DNA of 36,056 bases from a bacterium (lineage in GTDB: Bacteria > Patescibacteriota > Minisyncoccia > Moranbacterales > UBA2206), in the NCBI GenBank assembly GCA_021779205.1, contig JAJYBE010000002.1, positions 1-36,056 on the forward strand, read 5' to 3'. The notes beneath the pieces were generated by a model. The model did no database searches and was not told the DNA's origin. It saw nothing but the letters and a program-made list of their open reading frames with translations. A program made the translations under genes and the position numbers. Below, piece by piece: positions 8,412 through 17,249 of the stretch (the first letter of the stretch is position 1; each line of letters starts with the position of its first letter).

Positions 8412-9257
8412 TTATTTTATTGTTTCAAAGCCTTTCTGTTTCCATCCATCGATTCCATTTGAAAGTGAAAAGGCATTAAAAAATCCAAGATCGAAAAGCC
8501 TTACTGCGCCTTTGAATGAGTTGATGCCAGTTTTATCGTAAAGAATGATTTTTCTATTGGAATTTATTTCCAATCTTCTTTTTTCCAGCTCAGAAAGAGG
8601 AATGTTAATAGCAGTATTGAGATGTTCCGATGTGAAATCTTGGCTTGCCCGGACATCGATAATCAGAATATTTTTTTGATCGATTATTTTTTTCAAATCT
8701 TCCGGAGTGATGTATTTTACTTTTGCTTGATCGGAAAAAGAAGCCGGATTACCGGTGCTTACAGTGGGGCTGAAGCCATTTTTCCATTCGGCAAAACCGC
8801 CTTCAAGATAATAAATATTTTTGTAGCCATTGGAGGATAAGAAATTGGCGACAGAGTTGATAGTGGAGACATCCTCAGTATAATCAAGAAAAACATAAGG
8901 TTTGTTCTTGTCCAGTTTTGCAAGAGAAGCGGGTATGTCCGAAAAGGGAATATTTTGAGAATCTGCAATGTGTTCTGTTGCATAGTCAGTTCCATTGCGT
9001 AAATCAATAAGATTTATCGCTCCTTCAGTTTGGATCTTTTTCATCAAGCCTTGCGGTGTTATTTTGCTGATTTCGGATGTGTTGACAGTCTCGATTTTTG
9101 CTATTTGATTGATTTTTGTTGTTGTCTGGTTGGAATTTCTTGTGGCATAAAATTTAAAAATAGTGATTGCTGCGACAAAAACAATTAAAGCAAATCCGAT
9201 TGCTAAAATTTTGAGATTTTCTTTTTCTCCTTCTTTTTGGTAATGACTGTTTTGCAT
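8412..9257 (-). CDS. Membrane-anchored tandem rhodanese-homology-domain protein with no catalytic Cys
   Basis: One N-terminal TM helix. Two rhodanese-like modules (LIDLRNGTDYATEHIADSQNIP...YYLEGGFAEW and IIDVRASQDFTSEHLNTAINIP...LSNGIDGW). The active-site loop positions read FLDYTEDVS and LYDKTGINS. Confidence 0.75.
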   Translation of the reverse strand: MQNSHYQKEGEKENLKILAIGFALIVFVAAITIFKFYATRNSNQTTTKINQIAKIETVNTSEISKITPQGLMKKIQTEGAINLIDLRNGTDYATEHIADSQNIPFSDIPASLAKLDKNKPYVFLDYTEDVSTINSVANFLSSNGYKNIYYLEGGFAEWKNGFSPTVSTGNPASFSDQAKVKYITPEDLKKIIDQKNILIIDVRASQDFTSEHLNTAINIPLSELEKRRLEINSNRKIILYDKTGINSFKGAVRLFDLGFFNAFSLSNGIDGWKQKGFETIK

Positions 9258-9272
9258 AAATTAAATCAATAA

Positions 9273-10235
9273 TTATTTTAGAATACTTCCGATAAAATCA
9301 GCATTGCCGTTAATGAATTTTTTTATGTCCAGGTTATTTTTGCCTTCTTTTTGTATTTCTTGCGGAAAAATCAAACCTTCACCTGCTTGAATAGCAATTT
9401 TTTCTTCTATTTGAAAAACCTCTCCCAAATGTTTTTTTTCTGTTGTATTCGCGTTGGAAAAAGTAATTTTGTTTAATTTTATTCGTAAAATTGAACCATT
9501 CTTTTCCCAATAAGTAAAAATGCCAGGCCATGCAAAAAAAGCGCGATAGCGATTATAAATTGATTGAGCCGAGTCGGACCAAATTATTTTTCCATCACTT
9601 CTTTCGATTAATTGACAGAGGGTGGCTTGTTTTTCGTTTTGAGGAGTTGATTTTATTTTTCTTTCAATCCAGAGCGGCAAGCTTTCCAGTATTAGTTTGA
9701 CCGATAGTGCGGATAGTCTTTGAGATAATTCAGAGGCGGTTTCATTATCACCGATAGCGATTTCTTGTTGTTTGATTATTTCACCGGTATCGATTCCTTT
9801 GTCCATCAGCATAAGTGTTACGCCGGTTTTTTTTTCTCCGCTCAGCAGAGCATTTTGAATGGGTGCCGGTCCGCGATAACTCGGGAGTAGCGATGCGTGG
9901 ATATTGATTGCTCCAAATCCGGGAAATTTCAGAATTGATTCCGGCAATATTTTGCCATAAGCGGCGACAATCAACAGATCAGGCGTTTGCTCTTTTAGCT
10001 TTATAATTTCTTCTTCATCAAGTTTTGATGGTGAAAAAACGGGAATATTGTATTTTTCCGCTGTGATTTTTACCGCAGTTTTTTCCAGAGTTTGTTTTCG
10101 CCCGACTTTTTTATCCGGTTGGGTGTATACTCCGATTAAATTATAATTATTTTCAATAAGTGCAACCAGAATTGCGTTGGCAAATTCCGATGTTCCCATA
10201 AAAATTGTACGCAATTTAATCGATTTTTGTTGCAT
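9273..10235 (-). CDS. fmt: Methionyl-tRNA formyltransferase
   Basis: IFMGTSEFA, LLIVAAYGKILP, NIHASLLPSYRGPAPIQ motifs. Lies downstream of def in the conserved priA-def-fmt order. Confidence 0.92.
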   Translation of the reverse strand: MQQKSIKLRTIFMGTSEFANAILVALIENNYNLIGVYTQPDKKVGRKQTLEKTAVKITAEKYNIPVFSPSKLDEEEIIKLKEQTPDLLIVAAYGKILPESILKFPGFGAINIHASLLPSYRGPAPIQNALLSGEKKTGVTLMLMDKGIDTGEIIKQQEIAIGDNETASELSQRLSALSVKLILESLPLWIERKIKSTPQNEKQATLCQLIERSDGKIIWSDSAQSIYNRYRAFFAWPGIFTYWEKNGSILRIKLNKITFSNANTTEKKHLGEVFQIEEKIAIQAGEGLIFPQEIQKEGKNNLDIKKFINGNADFIGSILK

Positions 10236-10250
10236 ATTTTTTTGGTTTTA

Positions 10251-10703
10251 TTATTTTTTAGTTTTTAAGCGGTCAATATATAAAATACCATCAAGATGAT
10301 CTATTTCATGCTGAAAAGCTCTGGCTAGGATTCCGGTTGCTTCAAGGGTGATTTCTTTTGCGTTTTTTCCGATTGCTTCGACAACGACTTTTTTGGATCT
10401 TTTTATCGGAATAAATTGACCGGGAAAAGATAGGCAGCCTTCTTCAGCGGTTTCTTTGCTCCAGGATTTTAATTTAAATTGCGGATTAATGAGAACATAA
10501 ATTTTTCTTTCATATTTGACTATGCAAATGCGAAAAGATTTTCCTATCTGCGGAGCGGCTAAGCCCATGCCGTTATTTGCTTCCATCGTTTCTATCATAT
10601 CCAGAATCAACTCTTGGATTTGAGGATCGGCAGGGTTTTTAACTATTTCCGTTTTTTGCTTAAGAATAGGATCCGGGTAGATTTTTATTGGCAAAATTGT
10701 CAT
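10251..10703 (-). CDS. def: Peptide deformylase
   Basis: All three PDF motifs are present: GLAAPQIG, EGCLSFPG, QHEIDHLDG. Confidence 0.95.
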   Translation of the reverse strand: MTILPIKIYPDPILKQKTEIVKNPADPQIQELILDMIETMEANNGMGLAAPQIGKSFRICIVKYERKIYVLINPQFKLKSWSKETAEEGCLSFPGQFIPIKRSKKVVVEAIGKNAKEITLEATGILARAFQHEIDHLDGILYIDRLKTKK

Positions 10704-10714
10704 TTTTTTAAAAA

Positions 10715-12718
10715 TTAAATAATAGAAATTGGATCGATATCAACAATCCAACCGGAGGAAAGCGAGCCTAGAATAGCTGCAATTTTTTTTTCCAAAAAGG
10801 AATCGAATTTGATGATCAGCTGTTTGCGAAATTTTCCTTTTATTTTTGCGGAAAAACAATCTTGTGGGGCGGTTACTTTTAATCGGTTATCAGCAAAAAT
10901 GAGAAGTTGATAAACTTTTTCAGTTTCCAAATCAACCTTTTTTTTATTATAATCTTGAAAAATCAACTTGGCAATTTTATTAAAAGGAGGATAGGACAGT
11001 ATTTTCCGATCGGACAATTCTTGTTCATAGAAGTTTATGTAATTCTTTTCGGAAACGGATTTGAATAATTTATTTTCCGGATGATAGGTTTGAATAATAA
11101 CCGTTCCGGGAAATATTGCCCCCGGGCGAGAAACGCGCCCGGAAATTTGCATTAAATCTTGCCAAGCTTTTTCTTGTGTATTCCAAGACGGAAGCGCAAG
11201 CATATTATCGGCGTCAATGATTCCAATCAAAGACATTTTTGGAAAGCCCCAGCCTTTAGTGATCATTTGCGTTCCGACTACAATATCCGCTTCGCCTTGT
11301 GAAATTTTTTGATATATTTTTTTATGAAAATCTTTTTCTTTTGCATTTTCCGTATCAATACGAAAAATTTTGGCTGCTGGAAATAGCGCATTTATTTCTT
11401 TCTCTACTTTTTGCGTGCCTAATCCGATATTTTTGAAAATAATTTTTTTACATTTGGAACATTCCGGAATGACGGGAGAAATGTAGGAGCAAGAAGGGCA
11501 TTTATAATTTCCGAAATTATTATAGATTAGGGCGTGATCGCAGTTAGGACAGCGAAGCACTGTTTTGCAGTTATTGCAAATTGAAAAAGCGCTCATTCCT
11601 TGGCGATTGATGAATAAAATGCTTTGCAATCCGTTTTTAAGCGCATAGGCAATTTCTGCCTTTAGTTTTTTGGAAATGCAAGAATAATTTTTTATCCAAT
11701 GTTCTTTTCGCATATCAACGATAGTTGTTGTGAGCGGTGGTTTTTTAAGATTTTTCAATTCCAATTCCGGTAATTTCAATAGTTGGCGTTTATTGATTTG
11801 TGTTTGATAAAAAGAGGCTATGCTTGGCGTGGCTGATCCGAAGACTATTTTGCAATCATTGATTTTTGCCAATTTTTCTGCCACGGTTCTTGCATCATAG
11901 CGGGGAGTTTTCTCCCATTGTTTGAAAGACATGTCTTGTTCTTCATCAACTATAATTAGCGCTAATTGTTTAAAGGGGGCGAAGACAGACATTCGTGTTC
12001 CAATAATTATTTTTGCTTTTCCTGATTTTATGTTTTGCCAATTGGAATATAGATCGCTATTTTTCAGACTACTGCTAAAAAGGACGATTTCTGCCGGATT
12101 GAAATAGTCGCCATATCTTTCCATTGCCTGAGGAGTCAATGTTTTTTCCGGCACCAGAACCAGGAATTGATTTTGCGAGTCGTGTTTTTTTAGCTTAAGA
12201 ATGGAATGAATATACACTTCTGTTTTGCCCGATCCCGAAGGGCCATAAAGCAAGTAGGGAAGCGATTTGTTTTTTTCAGCGCCTTGCGTGATAGCGTTCA
12301 CTGCTTTTTTTTGGGCGAGAGTCAAATCAATGGTTGGCGGGTTAGGCGTTTTTTGTTTATTTTTTTCTGTTGTTTTGATTTTCGCCTTGGTTATTTTGAT
12401 GATGAAATTTTTAAGTACTGTTCCCAATGGAGCAAAATAATAAACAGAAAGATATTCCGCTAATGCGATTTGTTGAGAAGTTAAAAAATCTTTTTCCAGA
12501 ATTTTATCAATATTTTTTAGATTTTGTGTGGGTGAAATTTTTGTTCGAGCATTATTTTCAACGACAATGCCTTCGATAATTCTTGTGGAAAATGGTATTG
12601 AAACCAGCGATCCGACGGAAATATTTTCAGTTGAGAAGTAGCAAAAAAACGGCTCCCTATTAAGCGGAATTTTAGTTAACGGAACAATATTTAGGAGGTA
12701 TTTAGTTTTTTTTAGCAT
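10715..12718 (-). CDS. priA: Primosomal protein N' (PriA helicase)
   Basis: Walker A GPSGSGKTEVY, DEEQD box, Cys-rich zinc-binding insertion (CNNCKTVLRCPNCDHALIY...YKCPSCSY...CSKC), and C-terminal helicase lobe (GTQMITKGWGFP). Confidence 0.92.
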   Translation of the reverse strand: MLKKTKYLLNIVPLTKIPLNREPFFCYFSTENISVGSLVSIPFSTRIIEGIVVENNARTKISPTQNLKNIDKILEKDFLTSQQIALAEYLSVYYFAPLGTVLKNFIIKITKAKIKTTEKNKQKTPNPPTIDLTLAQKKAVNAITQGAEKNKSLPYLLYGPSGSGKTEVYIHSILKLKKHDSQNQFLVLVPEKTLTPQAMERYGDYFNPAEIVLFSSSLKNSDLYSNWQNIKSGKAKIIIGTRMSVFAPFKQLALIIVDEEQDMSFKQWEKTPRYDARTVAEKLAKINDCKIVFGSATPSIASFYQTQINKRQLLKLPELELKNLKKPPLTTTIVDMRKEHWIKNYSCISKKLKAEIAYALKNGLQSILFINRQGMSAFSICNNCKTVLRCPNCDHALIYNNFGNYKCPSCSYISPVIPECSKCKKIIFKNIGLGTQKVEKEINALFPAAKIFRIDTENAKEKDFHKKIYQKISQGEADIVVGTQMITKGWGFPKMSLIGIIDADNMLALPSWNTQEKAWQDLMQISGRVSRPGAIFPGTVIIQTYHPENKLFKSVSEKNYINFYEQELSDRKILSYPPFNKIAKLIFQDYNKKKVDLETEKVYQLLIFADNRLKVTAPQDCFSAKIKGKFRKQLIIKFDSFLEKKIAAILGSLSSGWIVDIDPISII

Positions 12719-12841
12719 GAGTTTATTTTAGGGCGGTTGTGTGATTTTAGCAAGCAAGTAAGAGTATTTTTTTGTGAATTTGCCATTTGCCGCAAACAAG
12801 CCAGTGGCTAAATTTATTTTTTTATGTTAAAATTAAAACAG

Positions 12842-12870
12842 TTGAAAAATAATCGGCAAGATGGAATAAT
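12842..12870 (+). promoter_or_regulatory. Putative sigma70-type promoter for the prepilin peptidase / pilin gene string
   Basis: TTGAAA (12842-12847), 17-nt spacer, then TGg-AATAAT (-10 at 12865-12870), about 55 nt upstream of the ATG at 12926. Confidence 0.4.
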
Positions 12871-12925
12871 CGCGCACCTGAAAAATAGAGTGCGATAATT
12901 GAAAAATTAAAAATAATTCAAATTT

Positions 12926-13717
12926 ATGTTGGCAATTTTTTTTGTTTTCGGTCTTATTATTGGCAGTTTTCTTAATGTGGTGGTTTATCGCACCAATTTG
13001 GCGGAAACGCTTTTGGGACGATCGCATTGTCCGAAATGCAAAAAAAAGATTCGCTGGTATGATAATATTCCGGTTTTGAGTTTTGTTTTTCTTGGAGCAA
13101 AATGCCGCGATTGCGGGAAAAAAATTTCTTGGATTTATCCGCTGGTTGAATTGCTAACCGGAGTAATTTTTGCTTTTTTGGGAACGAAGTTTTTTGTGCT
13201 TTCTGATCCGATAACTTGGTTTTCCGCTTCCTATTATCTGGCAATCGCGTCTATTTTGATTGTGATTTTTGTTTATGATTGGCTGTATATGGAAATTCCC
13301 GGCCTCGTGCTTTGGCTAGGTGTCGGAATTGCGATTTTTGGTAATTTGGTTATTGATTTGCAAAAAAACGTTTTTAGAGGGGGGATTTTAAACAGTCTAA
13401 CCTACTCCGGAGTATTAGCGGCTTTTTGCGCTTTTATTTTTTTCTTTACGCTTTCCAAAGTCTCTAAGGAAAAATGGATGGGAATGGGGGATGTTTTCTT
13501 AGTGATTCTTTTGGGTTTGGTTTTAGGCTGGCCAAAAATTCTTTTGGGGCTATTTTTAGCTTTTGCGATTGGCGCAATTTGTGGTATTATTTTGATAGTG
13601 ATAGGAAAAAAGAAAATGAGTAGTCAAATTCCTTTTGCACCTTTTTTGGTCTTGGGAACGATTGTTACAATGCTCTATTATGAGCCACTAATTGGTTGGT
13701 ATCTGCATTTTTTTTAG
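12926..13717 (+). CDS. pilD: Prepilin (type IV leader) peptidase, A24 family
   Basis: N-terminal CPKC...CRDC zinc-finger region, polytopic membrane protein, catalytic Asp contexts (VYDWLYMEIP and GMGDVFL). Confidence 0.9.
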   Translation: MLAIFFVFGLIIGSFLNVVVYRTNLAETLLGRSHCPKCKKKIRWYDNIPVLSFVFLGAKCRDCGKKISWIYPLVELLTGVIFAFLGTKFFVLSDPITWFSASYYLAIASILIVIFVYDWLYMEIPGLVLWLGVGIAIFGNLVIDLQKNVFRGGILNSLTYSGVLAAFCAFIFFFTLSKVSKEKWMGMGDVFLVILLGLVLGWPKILLGLFLAFAIGAICGIILIVIGKKKMSSQIPFAPFLVLGTIVTMLYYEPLIGWYLHFF

Positions 13718-13737
13718 GAAGTGATATTTTTTATTAT

Positions 13738-14166
13738 ATGTCAAAAAAAATAAAAGCATTTACCTTAATTGAAATACTGATTGTCGTCGCCATTTTGGCT
13801 GTTTTGAGTGCTGTTTCGTGGTTAAATTTGAACAATTCAAAAAAATCCGCTGATGTTGGGAATGCTTGTTCGCAAGTGGCGGCCTATATCAATAAAGCTC
13901 GAAATTATGCAGTTTCCGGCACTGTTAAATCGGCAACAGTAACCGTATCAGGAAAAGAAATCAACGTTTCAATTACGCCCAATAGCGGAACGGTTACTAG
14001 TGAGAGCTATATGCTCAAGGGTGATGTTTCTTGTTCATCATCATCATCATCATTTTCGTATTTAGCACCCAATGGAGTTGGCGTTAGCGGAACAATAAAA
14101 TGCTCATCATCCGATGGAAGCGTAAAAACTGTTATAGTTACACCATATCAAGCGGTTTGCAACTAG
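13738..14166 (+). CDS. Type IV pilin-like protein, module 1, GspH/FimU-like
   Basis: Class III signal MSKKIKA|FTLIEILIVVAILAVLSAV with Glu at +5. Contains a Ser6 run. I use the ATG at 13738 in place of the TTG at 13696 in the track. Confidence 0.8.
   Translation: MSKKIKAFTLIEILIVVAILAVLSAVSWLNLNNSKKSADVGNACSQVAAYINKARNYAVSGTVKSATVTVSGKEINVSITPNSGTVTSESYMLKGDVSCSSSSSSFSYLAPNGVGVSGTIKCSSSDGSVKTVIVTPYQAVCN
14035..14052 (+). repeat. (TCA)6 in-frame trinucleotide microsatellite encoding Ser6 within the pilin-like gene
   Basis: tcatcatcatcatcatca read directly from the sequence; it is in frame (C-SSSSSS-F). Confidence 0.95.
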
Positions 14167-14186
14167 AATGATTAAAATAGATTAAA

Positions 14187-14732
14187 ATGAGAAAAAAAAA
14201 TAAAAACAATAAGCAAAAAATGTTTGTCAGAAAAAAAGGCTTTATGATGATTGAAGCAGTTTTTTCTATTTTTATTACCGGAATCGCACTGGTAGCTTTC
14301 TTAAATGTTTTGGGAATTATGTATAAAGCTGAATTTAATAAAAGAGATTATGTTATTGCAACTAATTTGGCGCAGGAGGAAATTGAATTGGTACGAAATA
14401 TTAGGGATAATAATTGGAAAACATCAGGAAAGGCATTTGATTGTCCAGGAGATCCGCTTGGTTGTCATGTTTTTCCGTCAAATGGAAATTTATGCATAGA
14501 TTATTCTATGACAAATTCAATTTCTTGCGACACTAAAGATAAAAGGCAATTATATATTAACAACGATGAATTTTATCAGTATGACAGTTCCAACGCTCAC
14601 GCGACAAAGTTTTACAGATATTTTATTCTTTCCGGCAGTGGTGATTCGAGGATAATAACGGTTAGTGTGACTTGGGATAACAATGAAATTAAAGTTCAAG
14701 ATACTCTATATGCTTGGGCTGATGCTTCGTAA
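14187..14732 (+). CDS. Minor pilin, module 1, PilV/GspI-like
   Basis: Lys-rich leader ...RKKG|FMMIEAVFSIFITGIALVAF with Glu+5. Paralogous to 17748-18311 (ATNLAQEEIELVRNIRDNNW versus ADMLAQEGTELVQSLRDNNL). Confidence 0.75.
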   Translation: MRKKNKNNKQKMFVRKKGFMMIEAVFSIFITGIALVAFLNVLGIMYKAEFNKRDYVIATNLAQEEIELVRNIRDNNWKTSGKAFDCPGDPLGCHVFPSNGNLCIDYSMTNSISCDTKDKRQLYINNDEFYQYDSSNAHATKFYRYFILSGSGDSRIITVSVTWDNNEIKVQDTLYAWADAS

Positions 14733-14750
14733 TAAAATAAAAAAAGAAAA

Positions 14751-15221
14751 ATGCAGGAAATATTTAAAAAAAAAGGCGGACTGACTTTAATTGAAATGCT
14801 GGTGGCTATTTTTGTTTTTTCTATAACGATTGCCGCTAGCATGGCGGTGGCTGCTACATATCTCAAGAGTAGCTATGCTATTAAAAAATATCAAGAAAAT
14901 AGTGAAGAGTTATCATCAGCTTTAAATTATATTTCCAAAGATATTCGGATGAGCAATACCTTGTCTGATAGTAGTGGCAATGGAATAAATGCAAGCATTA
15001 ATTTGACACCCAATAGCGAAAGCGCTTCCGTGTCGTATGCTTTTGATAATAGTCAGAATATTTTAAGTAAAGAAGGAAACCCGATTATTAGTAATATTGG
15101 CGGTTATTTTTATATAAAAAATTATTCAGCCATTCCAAGCATTACAATTGTCATTTGGAAGAAGAATTTTCCTGGTTTTCCCGTTCAAACAACAGTCTCG
15201 ATGCGCAGTGGCTATAAATAG
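14751..15221 (+). CDS. Minor pilin, module 1, PilW/GspJ-like
   Basis: KKGG|LTLIEMLVAIFVFSITIAA with Glu+5. ISKDIRMSNTL parallels MAKNIRMSRKL in 18314-18862. Confidence 0.75.
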   Translation: MQEIFKKKGGLTLIEMLVAIFVFSITIAASMAVAATYLKSSYAIKKYQENSEELSSALNYISKDIRMSNTLSDSSGNGINASINLTPNSESASVSYAFDNSQNILSKEGNPIISNIGGYFYIKNYSAIPSITIVIWKKNFPGFPVQTTVSMRSGYK

Positions 15222-15238
15222 AAATAAAATAAAAAAGT

Positions 15239-17212
15239 ATGAAGAATGAGAGAATAATTTATCAAAAAGGTTCAATGCTTGTCGGCGTGTTGATCGTATT
15301 TTTAATGATTTCAATGGTGGCGATTGCCATCATTAATCGCTCGCTTCAAGGGACGGTTCTTACGGTAGATTCTAAAAAAGGTTATGCGACATATCAAAAT
15401 TCAGATTCAAGCGCGGAGAGTTTTTTGGATAAGTTTAAGAGTTTAGACAATGGAACATCCAATCAAATTCCGGAAAATACATCAGCCTTAAGTTTTTGCG
15501 GTGATACATTATGTTATAAAAAAGATGGGACAACTAAACTTGATTCTACTAAAAGCGTTAGCGATATTTTTAATTTTAAAACCAGCGCCACAGTGAATGA
15601 TGTTACCAGAACGATTTTTGCTCCTGTGCCTGATAGAATTGATGGAAAGTTGGGAGTGAGTGATTTGGAGGCGAAAAATTGCGATGGCATATATGCCCCT
15701 TGCAATGGATCATATAATAAATGTGATATAGGTATTAAGGTAGATGCTAGAGGTTTTGACTCAACGACAATGTTAAACTATGAAATCAGAAAATCAATCA
15801 ATTCGTCATTGGCATTTGGCGCGTCTAGTGGAGAGTATTATGGTTGGCAAAGAGTGCCTCAAGGAGATGCTACCTACGACCAATTTTTTGCAAAAGATGG
15901 AACGAAATTGCTTAAAAACGGTGATAGCTTGCTTAGTAATCAATATGGTCAGACATATTATTTCACTATCAAGGCCAGACACAAAAATCCTTTCAGTCTG
16001 GATTCGCTTTATTTGGATGATGGATCGGGAAAAGCTCCCCAAGAAGTTTTAATTGATAGCGCGCCAAAATGTAGCGGAACTGTAACTATCGGCACAACAA
16101 GCTATAATGCTCTTGATAAATTGGGATGTGTTACTTCGAATAATCAGCCGGCTGGAACAGAAACTTTCAAAAATTCCTATAATTGTTGTAACGGAACAGA
16201 GTGTTATATGCCTAGTCCGCATTGGACAAATAGTTCGGATAACACATGTGCTTTGGAGTTGTGTGACAATTCTGATCAAGAAGGTTTTCGTGATAATGTT
16301 GTTCCCGATGTTCCATCTGGTATTTTTGACGCACGAACTACTGGATTGGGTTGGTGTGGAACAGCAGTAATGTGCGTGCCAGGAAGAACATGCAAGGATC
16401 CTTATAGATATGTTGGGTATTGTAATTCTCCAAAAGATAAGAGCTCTCAATATGACGCTTTTCTCCCAGTCACAGACTGGAAATTTAATAATTTTGTAAA
16501 TGTAAATATGAATATTGTAGGAAATGCGCCAAACAGAACCGCAGGAGCTTTGGTAGAGCCTCGCTGTTCATATCACACTTGTCCAGCAGCTCCTTTGCAG
16601 AGTTGTGGAACTCCCACTGGTGGTTATGGATCTTTTAGCGCAAGTTTATCTTGTAACAATACGACAAATTGTGGACCATATACAGCTACGGTTTCATGCA
16701 ACCTATCTTGTGATTCCGGATATTATCCGGCAGTAGATAAGGCAAGCTCAACGACAGATCAAGTAACGATTAGTTATCCCAATAAATCATGTTGCTATAA
16801 GGATGCACCATCACCAGCTCCAACATGCGCAAGTGCCGGTTATAGTTGCGGATGGTTTCAAAGTTGGGTACCTATTTGTGGTAGTGGGTCGTGGAGTACT
16901 AGTTCATGCTGGAACCCTCATGGGTGCGGACCTGCTCCTACATGCTCTTGCGGCACGACAGGAAGTTGCACGGATACTTGCTCTGGAGTAGTTAGTGATA
17001 CGAGGAGTTGCACTGATCCGACCAATTTTGGCACTGCTTGTTATTCGGGAGCGAATAATTGTGGAGACACGAATACTGGAACAATTCAGTGCGATGGTAG
17101 TTGTAGCGCGTCAGTTCCTGCAGATATTGCTCCCACTACTTGTTGCGATGGAAGCACGGTGAGCTGTGGTGCTAGCTGTACTGTTACTTGTCCACCACCG
17201 GCTTTGCCTTAA
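15239..17212 (+). CDS. PilX/GspK-like pilus protein with a large Cys-rich C-terminal extension (putative tip adhesin)
   Basis: The N-terminal hydrophobic helix (GSMLVGVLIVFLMISMVAIAII) has no Glu+5, as in GspK/PilX. The PilX-like core ends near TRTIFAPV (about aa 130). The remaining ~525 aa are rich in Cys, Gly, Ser and Thr. Confidence 0.7.
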   Translation: MKNERIIYQKGSMLVGVLIVFLMISMVAIAIINRSLQGTVLTVDSKKGYATYQNSDSSAESFLDKFKSLDNGTSNQIPENTSALSFCGDTLCYKKDGTTKLDSTKSVSDIFNFKTSATVNDVTRTIFAPVPDRIDGKLGVSDLEAKNCDGIYAPCNGSYNKCDIGIKVDARGFDSTTMLNYEIRKSINSSLAFGASSGEYYGWQRVPQGDATYDQFFAKDGTKLLKNGDSLLSNQYGQTYYFTIKARHKNPFSLDSLYLDDGSGKAPQEVLIDSAPKCSGTVTIGTTSYNALDKLGCVTSNNQPAGTETFKNSYNCCNGTECYMPSPHWTNSSDNTCALELCDNSDQEGFRDNVVPDVPSGIFDARTTGLGWCGTAVMCVPGRTCKDPYRYVGYCNSPKDKSSQYDAFLPVTDWKFNNFVNVNMNIVGNAPNRTAGALVEPRCSYHTCPAAPLQSCGTPTGGYGSFSASLSCNNTTNCGPYTATVSCNLSCDSGYYPAVDKASSTTDQVTISYPNKSCCYKDAPSPAPTCASAGYSCGWFQSWVPICGSGSWSTSSCWNPHGCGPAPTCSCGTTGSCTDTCSGVVSDTRSCTDPTNFGTACYSGANNCGDTNTGTIQCDGSCSASVPADIAPTTCCDGSTVSCGASCTVTCPPPALP

Positions 17213-17249
17213 TTTTATTATATGAGGGTAGGGTTTTTAAGATTAAAGA

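Noticed and set aside
13696-13737. N-terminal extensions in the ORF track that begin at TTG or other alternative starts (13696, 18272, 32551, 6103, 5347, 33152).
   Set aside because: These extensions overlap upstream genes or add residues that do not fit the family. Examples are extra residues ahead of a pilin leader and a hydrophobic stretch ahead of a NuoB-like protein. Downstream ATG codons give canonical N-termini. Starts remain uncertain by a few codons.
16049-16450. Long antisense ORFs inside well-supported genes: 16049-16450(-), 30871-31434(-), 21192-21593(-), 27603-28016(-), 3614-3961(-), 29602-29958(-), and similar 60-130-aa ORFs in the track.
   Set aside because: Each lies wholly within, or spans, coding regions with clear family signatures on the opposite strand. 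Their translations are low-complexity with no motifs, and they lack promoters or start contexts of their own. I treat them as shadow ORFs.
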